DNA of 64,000 nucleotides from an uncultured Chloroflexia bacterium (GTDB lineage Bacteria; Chloroflexota; Anaerolineae; CG2-30-64-16), in NCBI GenBank assembly GCA_963810095.1, contig CAWEMM010000014.1:128001-192000 (forward strand). The letters are read 5' to 3'. Shown piece after piece: positions 9,282 through 28,930 of the stretch; the stretch's first letter is position 1, and every line of letters begins with the position of its first letter. Both the position numbers and the translations under genes were made by a program. The notes under the pieces are model-generated. The model made no database searches, was not told where the DNA came from, and worked only from the letters and a program-made list of their open reading frames with translations.

Positions 9282-10616
9282 TCAGCCCAGGTAGTCGCGC
9301 AGTTTGCGGCTGCGGATCGGGTGCCGCAGCTTGCGCAGCGCCTTCGCCTCGATTTGGCGGATGCGCTCGCGGGTCACCCCAAACTCCTGCCCGACCTCTT
9401 CCAGTGTGCGCGCCGTGCCGTCCTTCAGGCCAAAACGCATCTCGAGCACCTTGCGCTCGCGTTCGCTCAGACCCTTGAGGATTTCCTCCATCTGCTCCTT
9501 CAGCAGGTGCCGGCTTGCCTGGTCCGCCGGACCGGGCAGGCTTTCGTCCTCGATGAAGTCGGCCAGCGAGCTGTTTTCCTCGGTGCCCACGGGCGTCTCG
9601 AGCGACATCGGCTCCTGCGAAATGCGCATCACCCGGCGCACCTTCGCGGCCGCAATCTGGAGGCGCCGGTTAAGCCCCGCTTCCATCGGCTGGCCCGTCG
9701 CCTGGGCCGCCTCGATGAGCTCCCGGTCTTCCGGCGAAAGGTATTCCATCTCCAGCGCAATCTCTTCGGGCGTCGGATCGCGACCGAGTTCCTGCATGAG
9801 GCGCCGCTGCACCCGGATCTGCCGGTTGATGCTCTCGACCATGTGGACGGGGATGCGGATCGTCCGGGCCTGGTCGGCAATGGCCCGACTGATCGCCTGG
9901 CGAATCCACCACGTCGCATAGGTGCTGAACTTGTAGCCAAGCGTCGGGTCAAACTTGTCCACCGCCCGCAGCAAGCCGATATTCCCCTCCTGGATCAGAT
10001 CCAGGAACGACATGCCGCGGCCAACGTAGCGCTTTGCCACGCTGACGACCAGACGCAAGTTGGCCTGGGCCAAGCGCTGTTCCGCATTCCGGCCCCGCTG
10101 CCGCCTCAGCAGGAGCTCGTCCCGGGCATCCTGCTCCAGATCGTCAGCCTTCAGCGCCTCGGTCGCCTTCTTGCCGTCGGCGATCGCATTGGCCAGGGTG
10201 ATCTCTTCCTCGCCCGAGAGCAGCGCCGTGCGGCCGATCTCGTGCAAATACATTCGTACCGGGTCGCTGGTGACGGTCGGATCGCCCCAGTCGTCCAGCA
10301 CCTCGTCCAGGGGCTTGCGAGCCTCGCGCTCGACTTCCTGTTCCAGCTTGATATCCCGCGGAATCGCGGGCACCTTGGCGTCTTCGGGCGCATCCGGCAG
10401 CACGACGGGCAGGCCGTCGGGTCCCACCGGCACCAAACGCGCAAGGATCTCCTCGCCTTCCAATTCGATCTTCGACTCGTCGACCGTTGCCACACCGAGC
10501 GGTTCCGGAGGCCGCGTTGCCTTCGGGCCGCGTCGCGTCGTGCGAACCGGCGCTTCGTTGGGCGCCTCCGCACGAGAACGGGGTGTGCTGCGCCGGCGTT
10601 CGGCGTTGCTTGGCAT
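9282..10616 (-). CDS. rpoD: Primary sigma factor RpoD/SigA
   Basis: DPVRMYL (1.2), [26 protein letters not shown] and [13 protein letters not shown]; downstream of dnaG. Confidence 0.96.
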   Translation of the reverse strand: MPSNAERRRSTPRSRAEAPNEAPVRTTRRGPKATRPPEPLGVATVDESKIELEGEEILARLVPVGPDGLPVVLPDAPEDAKVPAIPRDIKLEQEVEREARKPLDEVLDDWGDPTVTSDPVRMYLHEIGRTALLSGEEEITLANAIADGKKATEALKADDLEQDARDELLLRRQRGRNAEQRLAQANLRLVVSVAKRYVGRGMSFLDLIQEGNIGLLRAVDKFDPTLGYKFSTYATWWIRQAISRAIADQARTIRIPVHMVESINRQIRVQRRLMQELGRDPTPEEIALEMEYLSPEDRELIEAAQATGQPMEAGLNRRLQIAAAKVRRVMRISQEPMSLETPVGTEENSSLADFIEDESLPGPADQASRHLLKEQMEEILKGLSERERKVLEMRFGLKDGTARTLEEVGQEFGVTRERIRQIEAKALRKLRHPIRSRKLRDYLG

Positions 10617-10635
10617 TGCTTCCCCTTTTATGGGC

Positions 10636-12612
10636 TCAGCTCTCGTCAATGGGCTTGCGCTGAGCCAGTACTCCCGCGATTGAGCGGTTATTCAATAGCT
10701 TCTGGATGTGCCGCTTCTGAGCCGTGTACGTTGCCATCAGTTCATGGAGCCGGCGCGATTCCTCGCGTTCTGCCATTTCGGTGCTCTCGCGAATCAAAAA
10801 CTCGAGCTGCTGGACCTGCTTTTTCAGGTTCCGCTCCCGCAGCCGCAGCAGCGAGTCGCCTAAATCCTTGATCAGTTTTTCGTCCGTTAGCGACGGTCGG
10901 GTCCGCACCTCGTTCAAAGCAGCCTGCGCGCCTGCTCGCAGGGGCTCGGCCAGTTGGGCCAGCCGCTCCTCGGCGCTCAGCTCCACGGCCTCCCTCGGCG
11001 ACAGTGCCAGCACGACCGCGAGCAGCGCCTGGTTCTCCGCGCTGGTCAAATCATCCGGACTCAACGGCGGCGCCTGCTGGGCGATCATCTCCTCGTCCAA
11101 CTGGGCCAACAACTCGGGCCGCAGCAGCAGCGAGCCCAGGATGTATTCCTCAGGACCAAACGCTCGCGGCAGCTCGGCTCGTTTTGCGCCGCTTATCGCC
11201 GGTACACGGCGCCGGCTCGACAGGGCTTGGCCGGCTGCCTGGGCCTGGCGCTCGGCAAGCGTTCCGCCGCGCTGGATCTGCTCGGCCACCAGCCGTTCGT
11301 CCATCTGAACACTGCGGGCCAGGGCCTGGATGTAGTGCGTCCGCTCGATCGGGTTGGCGACCTCCGTGATCAGCGGGGCCAGGCGCTCGATGGCCCGCGC
11401 CTTGCCCTGCGCGCTCGACAAGTCCTCCTCTCGGGTCACCAACGCCAGGTAGTAATCTACGATCGGGCGCGCGCCCGCGATCACCTCGCGCCAGCGGTCG
11501 ACGTCCTTGTACGCAAGCTCATCGGGGTCGAGGCCATCGGGCAGCGCTGCAATGCGCAGCTGTGCCTTCAGGCGGCTTTCGTGACGCACCAACCCGGTTG
11601 GGCTGAACACCGGCTCCCAGTCCCGGTCCAGCGACTGCCGGGCCGCTTCCAAACCCCGGACGGCAGCGTGTTCGCCTGCCACATCCGGGTCGAGCGCAAG
11701 GGTGATGTTGCCCGTGTAGCGCTTCAGCTGGCGCATCTGCCCTTCGGTCAGGGCTGTGCCCATGCCTGCAACGACGTTAGCGACGCCTACCTGGTGTGAC
11801 ATCAGCACGTCCATGTACCCTTCGACGATCACGGCCAAATTCGCGTCGCGAATCGCCTTTCGGGCCATGTCCAGGCCGAAGAGCACATTTCCCTTGTCAA
11901 AGAGCGGCGTTTGCGGCGAGTTCATGTACTTCGGGCTCGGGTGCTGCGGGTCTTCCTTTAGTATGCGTGCGCCGAAACCGATGGTTCGCCCTTGGCCGTC
12001 GCGAATCGGGATCATTAGGCGGCCGCGGAAGCGATCAAAATAGCTTCCCGTCTCCTCCTTCCGGATGATCAACCCGGCTTCCTCGATCTCGTCTGGCGGG
12101 TACCCTTTGCCCTGCAGCCGGCTCTTGAGCGCATCCCATGCATCCAGTGCGTAGCCGAGCTGCCACGCTTCCCAGGTCTGCTGGGTCAAACCGCGCCGCG
12201 TCAGGTAATCGCGGGCGACGGCGCCTTCTTCCGACTTGTTGAGCAAGTGGTGAAAGTACACCGCCGCGTCCGACTGGATCGTCCGTAAGCGGTCGAGCCG
12301 GCCATCCTCCGCATTCGCCGATTCGCCCTGCGGCTTCAGTTCGACGCCTGCCTTTGCCGCCAGCATCGCCAGGGCGTCGCCAAAATCCAGGTTCTCGCGC
12401 TTCATAACGAACGAGAAGATGTCGCCCCCGGTTCCGCACGCCCCAAAGCAGTGCCAGTTTTGAGTGTCGGGGAAGACGACGAACGAGGGTGTCTTCTCAT
12501 TATGGAACGGGCACAACCCTTTGAATGTGCGGCCCGCCTTCTTAAGCTGCATGTATGAGGAAACCACGTCGACGATGTCGAGGCGGTCCTTGATCTCGTC
12601 GATGACGCTCAT
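10636..12612 (-). CDS. dnaG: DNA primase
   Basis: CPFH..TPSF..CFGAC zinc finger, [15 protein letters not shown] and VEGYMDV TOPRIM. Confidence 0.96.
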   Translation of the reverse strand: MSVIDEIKDRLDIVDVVSSYMQLKKAGRTFKGLCPFHNEKTPSFVVFPDTQNWHCFGACGTGGDIFSFVMKRENLDFGDALAMLAAKAGVELKPQGESANAEDGRLDRLRTIQSDAAVYFHHLLNKSEEGAVARDYLTRRGLTQQTWEAWQLGYALDAWDALKSRLQGKGYPPDEIEEAGLIIRKEETGSYFDRFRGRLMIPIRDGQGRTIGFGARILKEDPQHPSPKYMNSPQTPLFDKGNVLFGLDMARKAIRDANLAVIVEGYMDVLMSHQVGVANVVAGMGTALTEGQMRQLKRYTGNITLALDPDVAGEHAAVRGLEAARQSLDRDWEPVFSPTGLVRHESRLKAQLRIAALPDGLDPDELAYKDVDRWREVIAGARPIVDYYLALVTREEDLSSAQGKARAIERLAPLITEVANPIERTHYIQALARSVQMDERLVAEQIQRGGTLAERQAQAAGQALSSRRRVPAISGAKRAELPRAFGPEEYILGSLLLRPELLAQLDEEMIAQQAPPLSPDDLTSAENQALLAVVLALSPREAVELSAEERLAQLAEPLRAGAQAALNEVRTRPSLTDEKLIKDLGDSLLRLRERNLKKQVQQLEFLIRESTEMAEREESRRLHELMATYTAQKRHIQKLLNNRSIAGVLAQRKPIDES

Positions 12613-12657
12613 GACCAATCCAGTCCCTTCAGGAGCCCCTCCCAAGGGGTAGGTGGA

Positions 12658-12687
12658 ATTATACCCGCGCGACGCGAGGCGTGTCAA
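12658..12687 (-). promoter_or_regulatory. sigma70 promoter of dnaG-rpoD
   Basis: Consensus TTGACA-18 bp-TATAAT on minus strand. Confidence 0.8.
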
Positions 12688-12860
12688 ACACTTTTCTCGC
12701 TGATTTGTTCTGACGAGAGGGGCGGCAAGGCGTTGGCGTGGGGCCGGCCGCGGCCTCTTAAGCTAGCCTTAAGCTGCGAGGCAGTCAGGGATAAGGACGA
12801 TGACCGCGCCTCGCGATACCCTTATCTGTTGGAAGAGTGGTTTTCGCAAGGGGAGGGAGT

Positions 12861-14036
12861 ATGAAGCGTGCAAGGTTTTGGATCGGCGGCCGGGCATCGG
12901 CCGTCGCGGTTCTGATCGTTCTAGCGCTGTTAGCCGGCGCGTGCGCAGGAGATAGCAGCGCTGACCAGGGCAGCCCGACCGCAGCGCCGGCGCCCGCGTC
13001 CACTGCGACGACCGCGCCCGCCGCGGTGCAACAGCCGGCCAATCCGCCCGCTCTGGCATCCGGGGCGGGCGGCGATTTCGCCGCTGCGGTCCGCAATGTT
13101 GCCCAGAAGGTCAAACCCGCAGTCGTCCAGATCACAAATGAGCAGGTCCAGGTCGGCCAGTTCGGCCAGGCCACCGTACCGTCAGGCGTAGGCTCTGGCG
13201 TCATCTACGACGACCAGGGGCACATCATCACGAACGACCACGTCGTGGCAGGCGCACAGCAGTTGACCGTCTCCCTGCCCGATGGCCGCACGTTCAAGGC
13301 CAAGCTGGTTGGCTCGGACCCGCGGACCGACCTCGCCGTCGTGCAGATTTCCGGGAAGGACCTGCCCGTTGCGGAGCTCGGGGATTCGGGCCAACTTCAA
13401 GTCGGCGACTGGGTCGTCGCAATCGGCAACGCACTCGGGCTGCCGGGTGGCCCGACGGTTACCGCGGGTGTGGTCAGCGCGCTGGGGCGCAGCGTGCAGG
13501 AGCCGGGCGACCAGACGGGCCCTGGCCCCTACCTGTTTGACGTGATCCAGACGAGCGCGCCCATCAATCCCGGGAACTCGGGCGGCGCCTTGGTTGACCT
13601 GGCAGGACGCGTGATCGGCATCAACACGCTCGTTGCCGGCCAGGCTGAACCCGGGGTGCAGGCGCAAGGGATCGGGTTCGCGATCTCCATCGCAACCGCC
13701 AAGCCGCTGGCGGACCAACTCGTGGCGTCAGGCAAGGCGATCCATCCGAGCATCGGTATCCAGTACGTCCCGTTGAACCCGGCCATCGCCGCGCAAATCG
13801 GCGCAGACCAGCCGTACGGCGCGGTCGTGATGGATGTCGTCGCCGGTTCCGGCGCCGCGCGTGCCGGCCTGCAGCAGGGGGACGTGATCACGGCGATTGA
13901 CGGGCAGCAATTAAAGGAAGAGTCGGCGCTGCCCGAGGCCATCAGCACGCACAAGCCGGGGGACAAGGTGAAGTTCACCATCCTGCGCGACAGCCAGCCG
14001 CAGGACGTGACTGTCACGCTGGGCCAGGCTGAATAG
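12861..14036 (+). CDS. htrA: HtrA/DegP-family serine protease with PDZ domain, probable lipoprotein
   Basis: TNDHV, DLAVV and INPGNSGG triad; C-terminal PDZ; LAGAC lipobox-like signal. Confidence 0.9.
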   Translation: MKRARFWIGGRASAVAVLIVLALLAGACAGDSSADQGSPTAAPAPASTATTAPAAVQQPANPPALASGAGGDFAAAVRNVAQKVKPAVVQITNEQVQVGQFGQATVPSGVGSGVIYDDQGHIITNDHVVAGAQQLTVSLPDGRTFKAKLVGSDPRTDLAVVQISGKDLPVAELGDSGQLQVGDWVVAIGNALGLPGGPTVTAGVVSALGRSVQEPGDQTGPGPYLFDVIQTSAPINPGNSGGALVDLAGRVIGINTLVAGQAEPGVQAQGIGFAISIATAKPLADQLVASGKAIHPSIGIQYVPLNPAIAAQIGADQPYGAVVMDVVAGSGAARAGLQQGDVITAIDGQQLKEESALPEAISTHKPGDKVKFTILRDSQPQDVTVTLGQAE

Positions 14037-14049
14037 GACCGGGGGACCG

Positions 14050-14082
14050 AGAAACCAGGTTTCTGCTAGAAACCTGGTTTCT
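14050..14082. repeat. Family A nested palindrome AGAAACCAGGTTTCT-N3-AGAAACCTGGTTTCT
   Basis: Further copies at 22932, 38623, 44386, 45966 and 58705. Confidence 0.9.
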
Positions 14083-14094
14083 TCGTGCCTGCGT

Positions 14095-15333
14095 CTAGCG
14101 GCTTCCCGTTCTCCTCCGGTACGCCTCGGCCAGCCCGCCTGAAGAGGTCTCTCGGTAGAGCGAAGGGAGGTTGTTGCCGGTCTCCCAGAGGACGGCGACG
14201 ACATCATCAAACGGAATGCGGTGTGACCCGTCGGAGAGCAGCGCGTAATCGGCGCAGTTGAAGGCCTTGGAAGCCGCGAAGGCGTTGCGCTCGATGCAGG
14301 GAATCTGTACGATGCCGGCAACTGGATCGCAGGTCAGCCCCAGGTTGTGCTCCAGGCCCATCTCGGCCGCGTATTCGATTTGGCGGGCGGTGCCGCCAAA
14401 CAACTGGGCCGCCGCCGCGGCAGCCATGGCACACGCAACCCCTACCTCGCCTTGACAGCCTACCTCCGCGCCTGAGATCGACGCGTTGTGTTTCACCAGG
14501 TTCCCGATGAGGCCGGCAGTCGCCAGCGCGCGCAGCACGGCATTGTCCGAGCAGCCCGTGATCTCCTGGACATACCGGAGCACGGCAGGCACGATCCCGC
14601 TGGACCCGCATGTGGGGGCTGTCACCACCACGCCGCCCGAAGCGTTCTCCTCGGCCACGGCCAGCGTGTACGCGTAGAGCAACTCGAAACGATTCGGTGC
14701 GCTGCCGGCAATGGTCATCTTACGATGGATGACCCACGCCCGCCGTGCCACGCCCAGCCCGCCCGGCAGGACGCCTTCCTGCGTCAGCCCGCGCTCCACG
14801 GCCGCGCCCATCGCCTCGGCGATGCGCGCCAGGAATGTCCAGATGTCCTTGCCTTCGCGTTCTTCAACATACTCCCAGAGCGACTGCCCCGTCGCACGGC
14901 AGCGCGCGAGGATGTCGGCCAGGCGATCGAGGTCGTAGACCGGTGCGAGGGGGGGCTCGTCTGCTTCGGCCAGCGCGCCGCCGCCCACGCTGAACACTTG
15001 CCAGGGTTCGGAGAGCGTCCCATCGGTGAGAATAGCCTGGAACTGCATCCCGTTCGGGTGGCGCGGCAGTTCGACTTCGGGCAGCCACGTAAACTCCACC
15101 GCGGCCGGCGCGAGCGCTTCACGGATTGCAACGTCGGTGAGGTGGCCGCGGCCCGTGGCGGCCAGGCTGCCGTACAGCGTGACGCGGTGTCCTTCCGCGG
15201 CCGGGAAGCGGCTGCGGAACTGCTCGGCTGCGCGATGGGGGGCCATGGTGTGGCTGCTCGAAGGGCCGTGGCCGATACGATACAGCTCGCGAAGAGATGT
15301 CATGCCGCGGCTTGCGGAATCTGTTTCGGTCAC
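14095..15333 (-). CDS. sdaA: Fe-S L-serine ammonia-lyase (single chain; start may be 15303)
   Basis: IGHGPSSSHT, LYGSLAATGRGH, APTCGS, GAEVGCQGE and LTCDP...PCIERN. Confidence 0.93.
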   Translation of the reverse strand: MTETDSASRGMTSLRELYRIGHGPSSSHTMAPHRAAEQFRSRFPAAEGHRVTLYGSLAATGRGHLTDVAIREALAPAAVEFTWLPEVELPRHPNGMQFQAILTDGTLSEPWQVFSVGGGALAEADEPPLAPVYDLDRLADILARCRATGQSLWEYVEEREGKDIWTFLARIAEAMGAAVERGLTQEGVLPGGLGVARRAWVIHRKMTIAGSAPNRFELLYAYTLAVAEENASGGVVVTAPTCGSSGIVPAVLRYVQEITGCSDNAVLRALATAGLIGNLVKHNASISGAEVGCQGEVGVACAMAAAAAAQLFGGTARQIEYAAEMGLEHNLGLTCDPVAGIVQIPCIERNAFAASKAFNCADYALLSDGSHRIPFDDVVAVLWETGNNLPSLYRETSSGGLAEAYRRRTGSR

Positions 15334-15496
15334 TTTGGGTCGTCCTGGACGTGCGATCCACTTCGTGCGGTTCGGTCGGGCTGGGGCTGAGCCGCGTCAT
15401 GGCGCGCGTGTGCGATAATAACCGGGAGTATACACCACGCAATCCTGCAAGCTGGTTTCTGGCTTATGAAGAGCTTCCATGCTCGAAAGGACGACC

Positions 15497-16552
15497 ATGC
15501 CCTTTCAACCCAACGCACAACATATGCTCGACGTGCTGGCCAACCGCAGGCCGGCCCGGCTGCCCCTGTACGAACACATCATCAGCCCGAAGATCATGGA
15601 GCAGGTGCTCGACGTCCGCTTCGCCGAGCTGGAAGGCGGCGACCGGCATGACCTGAAGGAATTCTTTCGCCACTACTGCCGCTTCTGGCCGGGGATGGGG
15701 TACGACACTGTCTCGTATGAAGTCTGCATCACGGAAACCCTGCCAGCCCACGGCGCGATCATGGGCGGCAAGGGCCCGATCCAGAACCGCGCCGACTTCG
15801 AACGCTACCCGTGGGACGAACTGCCCGAGCGCTACTGGGCCTTTGCCGCGCCGAAGCTCGATGCATTCGTGCGCCAGCTGCCAAAAGGGGTCAAGGCGCT
15901 GGGCGGCGTGGGCAACGGCGTGTTCGAGATCAGCGAGGACCTGGTCGGGTTTGAGTCGCTGGCCTATCTCCGTGCCGACGATCCCGCGACCTTCGCAGCC
16001 CTGTACCGGCGCATCGGCGATCTGATGGCCGCGATCTGGCGCGAATTCCTGCCGCGCTACGGCGAGTACTTCGCCATCTGCCGCTTTGGCGACGACTTGG
16101 GTTTCAAGACCAGCACGCTCGTTGCGCCGAAGGTGATCCGAGAGCATGTGCTGCCCGAGTACCGTCGGGTTATCGGGACGATCAAGGCGGCGGGTAAGCC
16201 CTTTTTGTGGCACTCATGCGGGTGCATCTTCCAGGTAATGGACGACGTGATCGGCTTGGGGATCGATGCCAAGCACTCGAACGAGGACTGCATCGCGCCG
16301 TTCGAGCAGTGGATCAGCCGTTACGGCGACCGGATCGGGTTGTTGGGCGGGATCGACGTGGACCTGTTGTGCCAGCAGGCGCCCGACGAAATCGCCGAGA
16401 CCGTGTTTGAGAAGGGGCGCGCCTTTCGGGCGGCAGCCCGGGGCTACGCGCTCGGTTCGGGGAACTCGATTCCCGAATATGTCCCCATCGACGGCTACCT
16501 GGCCATGATCGAGGGTGCGCGGCGGATTCGAACGGCGGAGGAGCGGGAATAG
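15497..16552 (+). CDS. Uroporphyrinogen decarboxylase/MtaA-family protein
   Basis: GDDLGFK, HSCG, LLGGIDV and GYALGSGNSIP. Confidence 0.8.
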   Translation: MPFQPNAQHMLDVLANRRPARLPLYEHIISPKIMEQVLDVRFAELEGGDRHDLKEFFRHYCRFWPGMGYDTVSYEVCITETLPAHGAIMGGKGPIQNRADFERYPWDELPERYWAFAAPKLDAFVRQLPKGVKALGGVGNGVFEISEDLVGFESLAYLRADDPATFAALYRRIGDLMAAIWREFLPRYGEYFAICRFGDDLGFKTSTLVAPKVIREHVLPEYRRVIGTIKAAGKPFLWHSCGCIFQVMDDVIGLGIDAKHSNEDCIAPFEQWISRYGDRIGLLGGIDVDLLCQQAPDEIAETVFEKGRAFRAAARGYALGSGNSIPEYVPIDGYLAMIEGARRIRTAEERE

Positions 16553-16959
16553 ACATGGCCCCCGCGCTGGGGGACAGCGAGGGAGGGCATGCCCGGTCAG
16601 CCCCTGCGCGGGCAAGTGACCCAGAGGCCGATTGGTCACAATTTCGAACCGCTCCCTAGCCAAGTTGCTGACCGGGCGGAGTGGGCCCGCCGACCCCGCG
16701 ACGGAATTGCCGGTTTCGGCGATTCGGACTATGATGACGCTGGCTACTTGCTCGCCTCACGGTTGCCCCCAGGAACCCGGATGCGCCCATCGTCTTCCCG
16801 GCGCTCCGTAGCTCCACGGTTCCCGGCATCTCCAGAGGGTCCTGCGGCATTGCGCTGCCGGCCATGGGTGCGGGTGAAGGATACGCCAATGGACCACCGC
16901 CCGGAGTGCAGTCCAAGACTCCCCACCGCGGCCAGAACGCCTGGCCAGGAGTTCACACC

Positions 16960-18535
16960 GTGCTTGCCAAAGTCCATAGCTGCGCCCTCATCGGCCTGGA
17001 CGGCGCCATCGTCGAGGTAGAGGCCGACCTCAACCCCCGCGCGCTCCCCAATGTTACGCTGGTTGGTCTCCCAGACGCTGCCGTCAAAGAGTCGACCGAA
17101 CGCGTCCGCGCGGCCATCGTCAATTCCGGCCTTGGATACCCCCGCGGCCGAGTGACCGTCAACCTGGCTCCGGCCGACCTGCGTAAGGAAGGCCCGGCGT
17201 ACGATCTGCCCATTGCGGTCGCACTCCTGATCCTGGCCGAGCAGATCCCTGCCGATCTCGACGGTGTCCTCTTCCTTGGCGAGCTTTCACTCGATGGCTC
17301 GCTGCGGCACGTCAACGGCTTACTGCCCATGGCCCACCTGGCCATGGAGCTTGGTTATAAGTCGCTGTTCGTGCCACAGCCCGACGCGCCCGAAGCTGCG
17401 CTGGTGGAGGGCATCGACGTGTTCCCCGTGGAGACGTTGGGCCGGCTCGCCGCGCACTTCCGCGACTACCATCCGATCGAGCCGTATCGCACTTCGTTCG
17501 AGCTGGACGCCGACCCGCCGCCGTACGCGTGCGACTTTCAGGACGTGAAGGGGCAGGAGCACGTGAAGCGGGCGCTGGAGGTCAGTGCGGCGGGTGGACA
17601 TAACGTCCTGCTCAGCGGGCCGCCGGGAGCCGGCAAAACGTTGCTGGCACGTTCGATGCCCTCGATCCTCCCACGGCTGACGTTGGCCGAGGCGCTCGAC
17701 GTGACGCGGATTTACTCCGTCGCGGATATGCTCCATACAAACGGTTCGGGCGATGCGCCGTTGATCCGGCACCGGCCGTTCCGTGCGCCGCACCATACGA
17801 TCTCGCACGCGGGGCTGGTGGGTGGGGGGCAGTGGCCGCGGCCGGGCGAAATCAGCCTCGCGCACCGAGGGGTGCTGTTCCTCGACGAAATGCCCGAGTT
17901 TTCGTCGCATACGCTGGAGGTGCTGCGCCAGCCGCTGGAAGACAAGGTGGTGACGATCAGCCGGGCGCAGGGCAGCCTGACCTTTCCGGCGAGCTTCATG
18001 CTGGTGGGTGCGCAAAACCCGTGTCCGTGCGGTTATTTCGGCGACCCGGAGCACGCGTGCAGCTGCAGCCCGAGCGTGGTGAGCAAGTACCAGAAGCGTT
18101 TGTCTGGCCCGCTGCTCGACCGCATCGACATTCATGTGGAGGTGCCGCGGGTGCCCTTCCAGAAGCTGTCGGACGAGCGCCGGGGCGAGTCGTCGGCTCG
18201 GATTCGGGAACGGGTCGAGGCGGCGCGGGCGAGGCAAACCGCTCGGTTCACGCAAGGCAGCCCGAAGCCGGGCAGCCGCAGACGCGGGGAAGCCGGCCGC
18301 CGGACTGACATGCAACGCGGACATGGGGCCCACGCAGGTGCGTGATTTCTGCCAGGTGGAGGAGACGGGCCGCCAGCTACTGGCCGCCGCCATGCGCCAG
18401 ATGAACCTGAGCGCCCGGGCCTATCACCGCATCCTGAAGCTGGCCCGCACCATTGCCGACCTGGCCGGTTGCGATCGGATTCAGCCCGCGCACCTGGCAG
18501 AGGCGATCCAGTACCGGCCCCGGCGCCAGGAGTAA
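16960..18535 (+). CDS. comM: YifB/ComM Mg-chelatase-like AAA+ protein, frameshift near 18260-18300
   Basis: [36 protein letters not shown] and [19 protein letters not shown] in two frames. Confidence 0.9.
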
Positions 18536-18595
18536 CTCGGAGACGCCATTGAGTCCGCACGGACTCAACTCCAGGCACCCCTCGCTATAAAAGAC

Positions 18596-18630
18596 AATGC
18601 CAATCTCGCCCCAATGAGATTGGCATTTTT
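18596..18630 (+). terminator. Intrinsic terminator after comM
   Basis: aatgccaatctc-loop-gagattggcatt followed by T run. Confidence 0.8.
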
Positions 18631-18677
18631 ACTACGGTCCTTGTCTCGGGCCCACGTCAAAATCTCAAGATTCGTAC

Positions 18678-18706
18678 TTGACACGGTAACTGCTTTGTGG
18701 TAGTAT
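18678..18706 (+). promoter_or_regulatory. sigma70 promoter of rpoBC
   Basis: TTGACA-17 bp-TAGTAT with TG extended -10. Confidence 0.8.
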
Positions 18707-18898
18707 TAGCGATTGCTGTCCGAGTACCGTGGGTCAGTAGGATTAAGAAATACCGTTGAAAACCCCCTCACTCTCAGTGACCGAGATTGAACCAAGTCGG
18801 ATGGGGACTTGGCGTTTTTGCTTTGTTGGAACAGGAACTGTTGGTACAGGATCGCACTGTAACACAAGGCTGGTTGAAAAACAAGGAGTGATCGCTGC

Positions 18899-27709
<8,811 letters not shown>

Positions 27710-27800
27710 TGAAACTGCATGGCGCGCTATGGCTGGCGACGGAGCGACACGGCCCTGAGATCATAAGCAACTCGCATTAGTAGATTTCGTGGAGGGCAGC

Positions 27801-28237
27801 TTGCCGACTATCAATCAGCTCGTACGTAAGGGCCGGAAGCCGATCGGCGAAGAAGGAAAAGGCTCCCGCGCTGCAGTTTACGAACAACCTCATCCACGGC
27901 CGCATGCGCCGGATGAACAAGGGTAACCCGTTCAAGCGCGGCGTGTGCACCCAGGTGCGCACGATGACGCCCGAAGAAACCGAACTCGGCGCTGCGCAAG
28001 ATCGCCCGCGTGCGCCTGACCAACGGCATCGAAGTCACGGCCTACATTCCCGGCGAGGGCCACAGCCTGCAGGAGCACTCCGTGGTGCTGGTGCGCGGCG
28101 GCCGCGTGAAGGATCTGCCTGGCGTGCGCTACCACATCGTGCGCGGCGCGCTGGACACGACCGGCGTCGACGCTCGGCGTCGCGCCCGCTCGAAGTATGG
28201 CGCGAAGGTGCCGAAGGCCAGCGCGGCAGGCGCGTAA
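27801..28237 (+). CDS. rpsL: 30S ribosomal protein S12, two +1 frameshifts
   Basis: [14 protein letters not shown]...[18 protein letters not shown]...[13 protein letters not shown] reconstructed across frames. Confidence 0.95.
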
Positions 28238-28287
28238 GGGCGCTAAGGGCGCTCCGGCGAAGAAGAAGTAAGGAGCCGGAGTGACTC

Positions 28288-28758
28288 ATGTCTCGACGTA
28301 ATCGCCCTGAACCACGCGAGATCCTGCCGGATCCGCGTTATCAAAGCGTCCTGGTTTCGCACCTGATCAACGTGATCATGTACAGCGGCAAGAAGTCGAC
28401 GGCCGAAGGCATCGTCTACGGCGCGATCGAGGTCCTCGAACACCGGACCAAGAAGCCCGGCATCGAAGCGCTCGAGCAGGCGATCCGCAACGCCACGCCC
28501 ATGATCGAGGTGCGCCCCCGCCGCGTCGGCGGCGCCACCTACCAGGTGCCGATGGAAATCCGCGAGGACCGCCGCCTGGCCCTGGCCCTGCGCTGGTTGA
28601 TCCAGAGCTCGCGCAAGCGCGCCGGCAAGAGCATGGTCGACAAGCTCTCCGGCGAGCTGTTCGATGCGCACAACAACCAGGGCAACACGGTCAAGAAGCG
28701 CGAAGACACGCACAAGATGGCCGAGGCCAACCGCGCGTTCGCGCACTACCGCTGGTAG
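28288..28758 (+). CDS. rpsG: 30S ribosomal protein S7
   Basis: [11 protein letters not shown] and [13 protein letters not shown]. Confidence 0.98.
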   Translation: MSRRNRPEPREILPDPRYQSVLVSHLINVIMYSGKKSTAEGIVYGAIEVLEHRTKKPGIEALEQAIRNATPMIEVRPRRVGGATYQVPMEIREDRRLALALRWLIQSSRKRAGKSMVDKLSGELFDAHNNQGNTVKKREDTHKMAEANRAFAHYRW

Positions 28759-28930
28759 TTCTTCGGCAACGGATTCCGCGAATTTTCACGGATCTGAGTT
28801 ATTGACTCCGCGAAGGTCCGTGTCATCCGGATTCAGAGCTTGTGTAACCATGATGAGACCCGGCATCCTGCGGCACGCTGTGCTGAGGGAGTGCCGGGTT
28901 TCTGTCGCTTGAGAATGTGAGTGGATTGAA

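Noticed and set aside
16960-18535. comM interrupted by a mobile element
   Set aside because: Only a small frameshift is present; both parts are contiguous.
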